Below, piece after piece: positions 63,236 to 64,000 of a DNA stretch of 64,000 bases. Under the pieces are notes generated by a model, which did no database searches, was not told the DNA's origin, and worked only from the letters and a program-made list of their open reading frames with translations. The stretch is from assembly GCF_035594765.1 (NCBI RefSeq), contig NW_026943826.1:13309325-13373324 (forward strand), read 5' to 3'. The DNA is from Anolis carolinensis (Eukaryota). A program made the translations under genes and the position numbers. Numbering within the stretch: the first letter of the stretch is position 1; every line of letters begins with the position of its first letter.

Positions 63236-63467
63236 GTAAGTAAAAATGTTTTCATGTGATAACATCAGCCGGGATGATCTAGAGACATACTTCTCATAGT
63301 GAGCCGTCATAAGGAAAGGCAATGCTACATGAATGGATAAGGAAAGGCGACAACAAACGGGAAAAGAAAGACAAAGATATAACCATCAAAGAACTTATAG
63401 TGTGGTGAAGCCAGGGAAATATTTCCTTCCTCGAAAACTGTTAGGAATTCTGTTACTCTAGGAATCT

Positions 63468-64000
63468 GTGAGTCTATGATTCTATAAGTCTGAGTCTATA
63501 TGAGTCTACGAGTCTGTAAGTCTATGAGTCTATATGAGTCTATGAGTCTGTAAGTCTATGAGTCTATATGAGTCTATGAGTCTATAACTCTATACGTCTA
63601 TATGAGTCTATGATTCTATGACTCTATAAGTCTAGGAGTCTATATGATTGTATGAGTCTATCTCTATGAGTCTATGACTCCATAAGTCTATGAGTCTGAA
63701 TAAGTCTAGGAGTCTATGACTATATAAGTCTATGATTCTATATGAGTCTATGAGTTTATGACTCTATAAGTCTATGAGTCTATGACTCTATAAGTCTATG
63801 AGTCTATATGAGTCTATGAGTTTATGATTCTATAAGTCTATGATTCTATGAGTCTATGAGCCTATGATTCTATAACTCTATGAGTCTATGATTCTATGTG
63901 TCTATATGAGTCTGTGAGCCTATGACTCTATAAGTCTACAAGTCTATATGAGTGTATGACTCTATGATTCTATAACTTTGTGAGTCTATGATTCTATGCG
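63468..64000. repeat. 8-bp (gagtctat)n satellite
   Basis: Degenerate tandem octamers. Confidence 0.92.

Overview
Vertebrate genomic DNA; the repeat content points to a squamate reptile, most likely an Anolis-type lizard (inference). The window holds the conserved block VPS13D (last two coding exons, +), DHRS3 (complete six-exon gene, -) and a tandem array of at least five AADACL3/AADACL4-family (arylacetamide deacetylase-like, HSL-family alpha/beta-hydrolase) genes on +. Four of these (A-D) are complete and apparently intact, and the fifth (E) runs off the window. All share a 174-177/217/64/775-781 nt exon structure with GT-AG splice sites. Non-coding DNA is dense in minisatellites and mobile elements: (TAA)n-associated R4/Dong-type RLE retroelements, L1 pieces, Penelope ends with minimal hammerhead cores, tRNA-derived SINEs, Helitrons, hAT and Tc1/mariner MITEs and a solo LTR family. 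There are three assembly gaps. The best candidate for an under-described system is the expanded, active-site-diversified AADACL esterase cluster. It contains an inverted exon relic and a near-consensus CTCF site, and lies head-to-head with the retinaldehyde reductase DHRS3. Repeat family names come from recalled structural hallmarks, not database searches.
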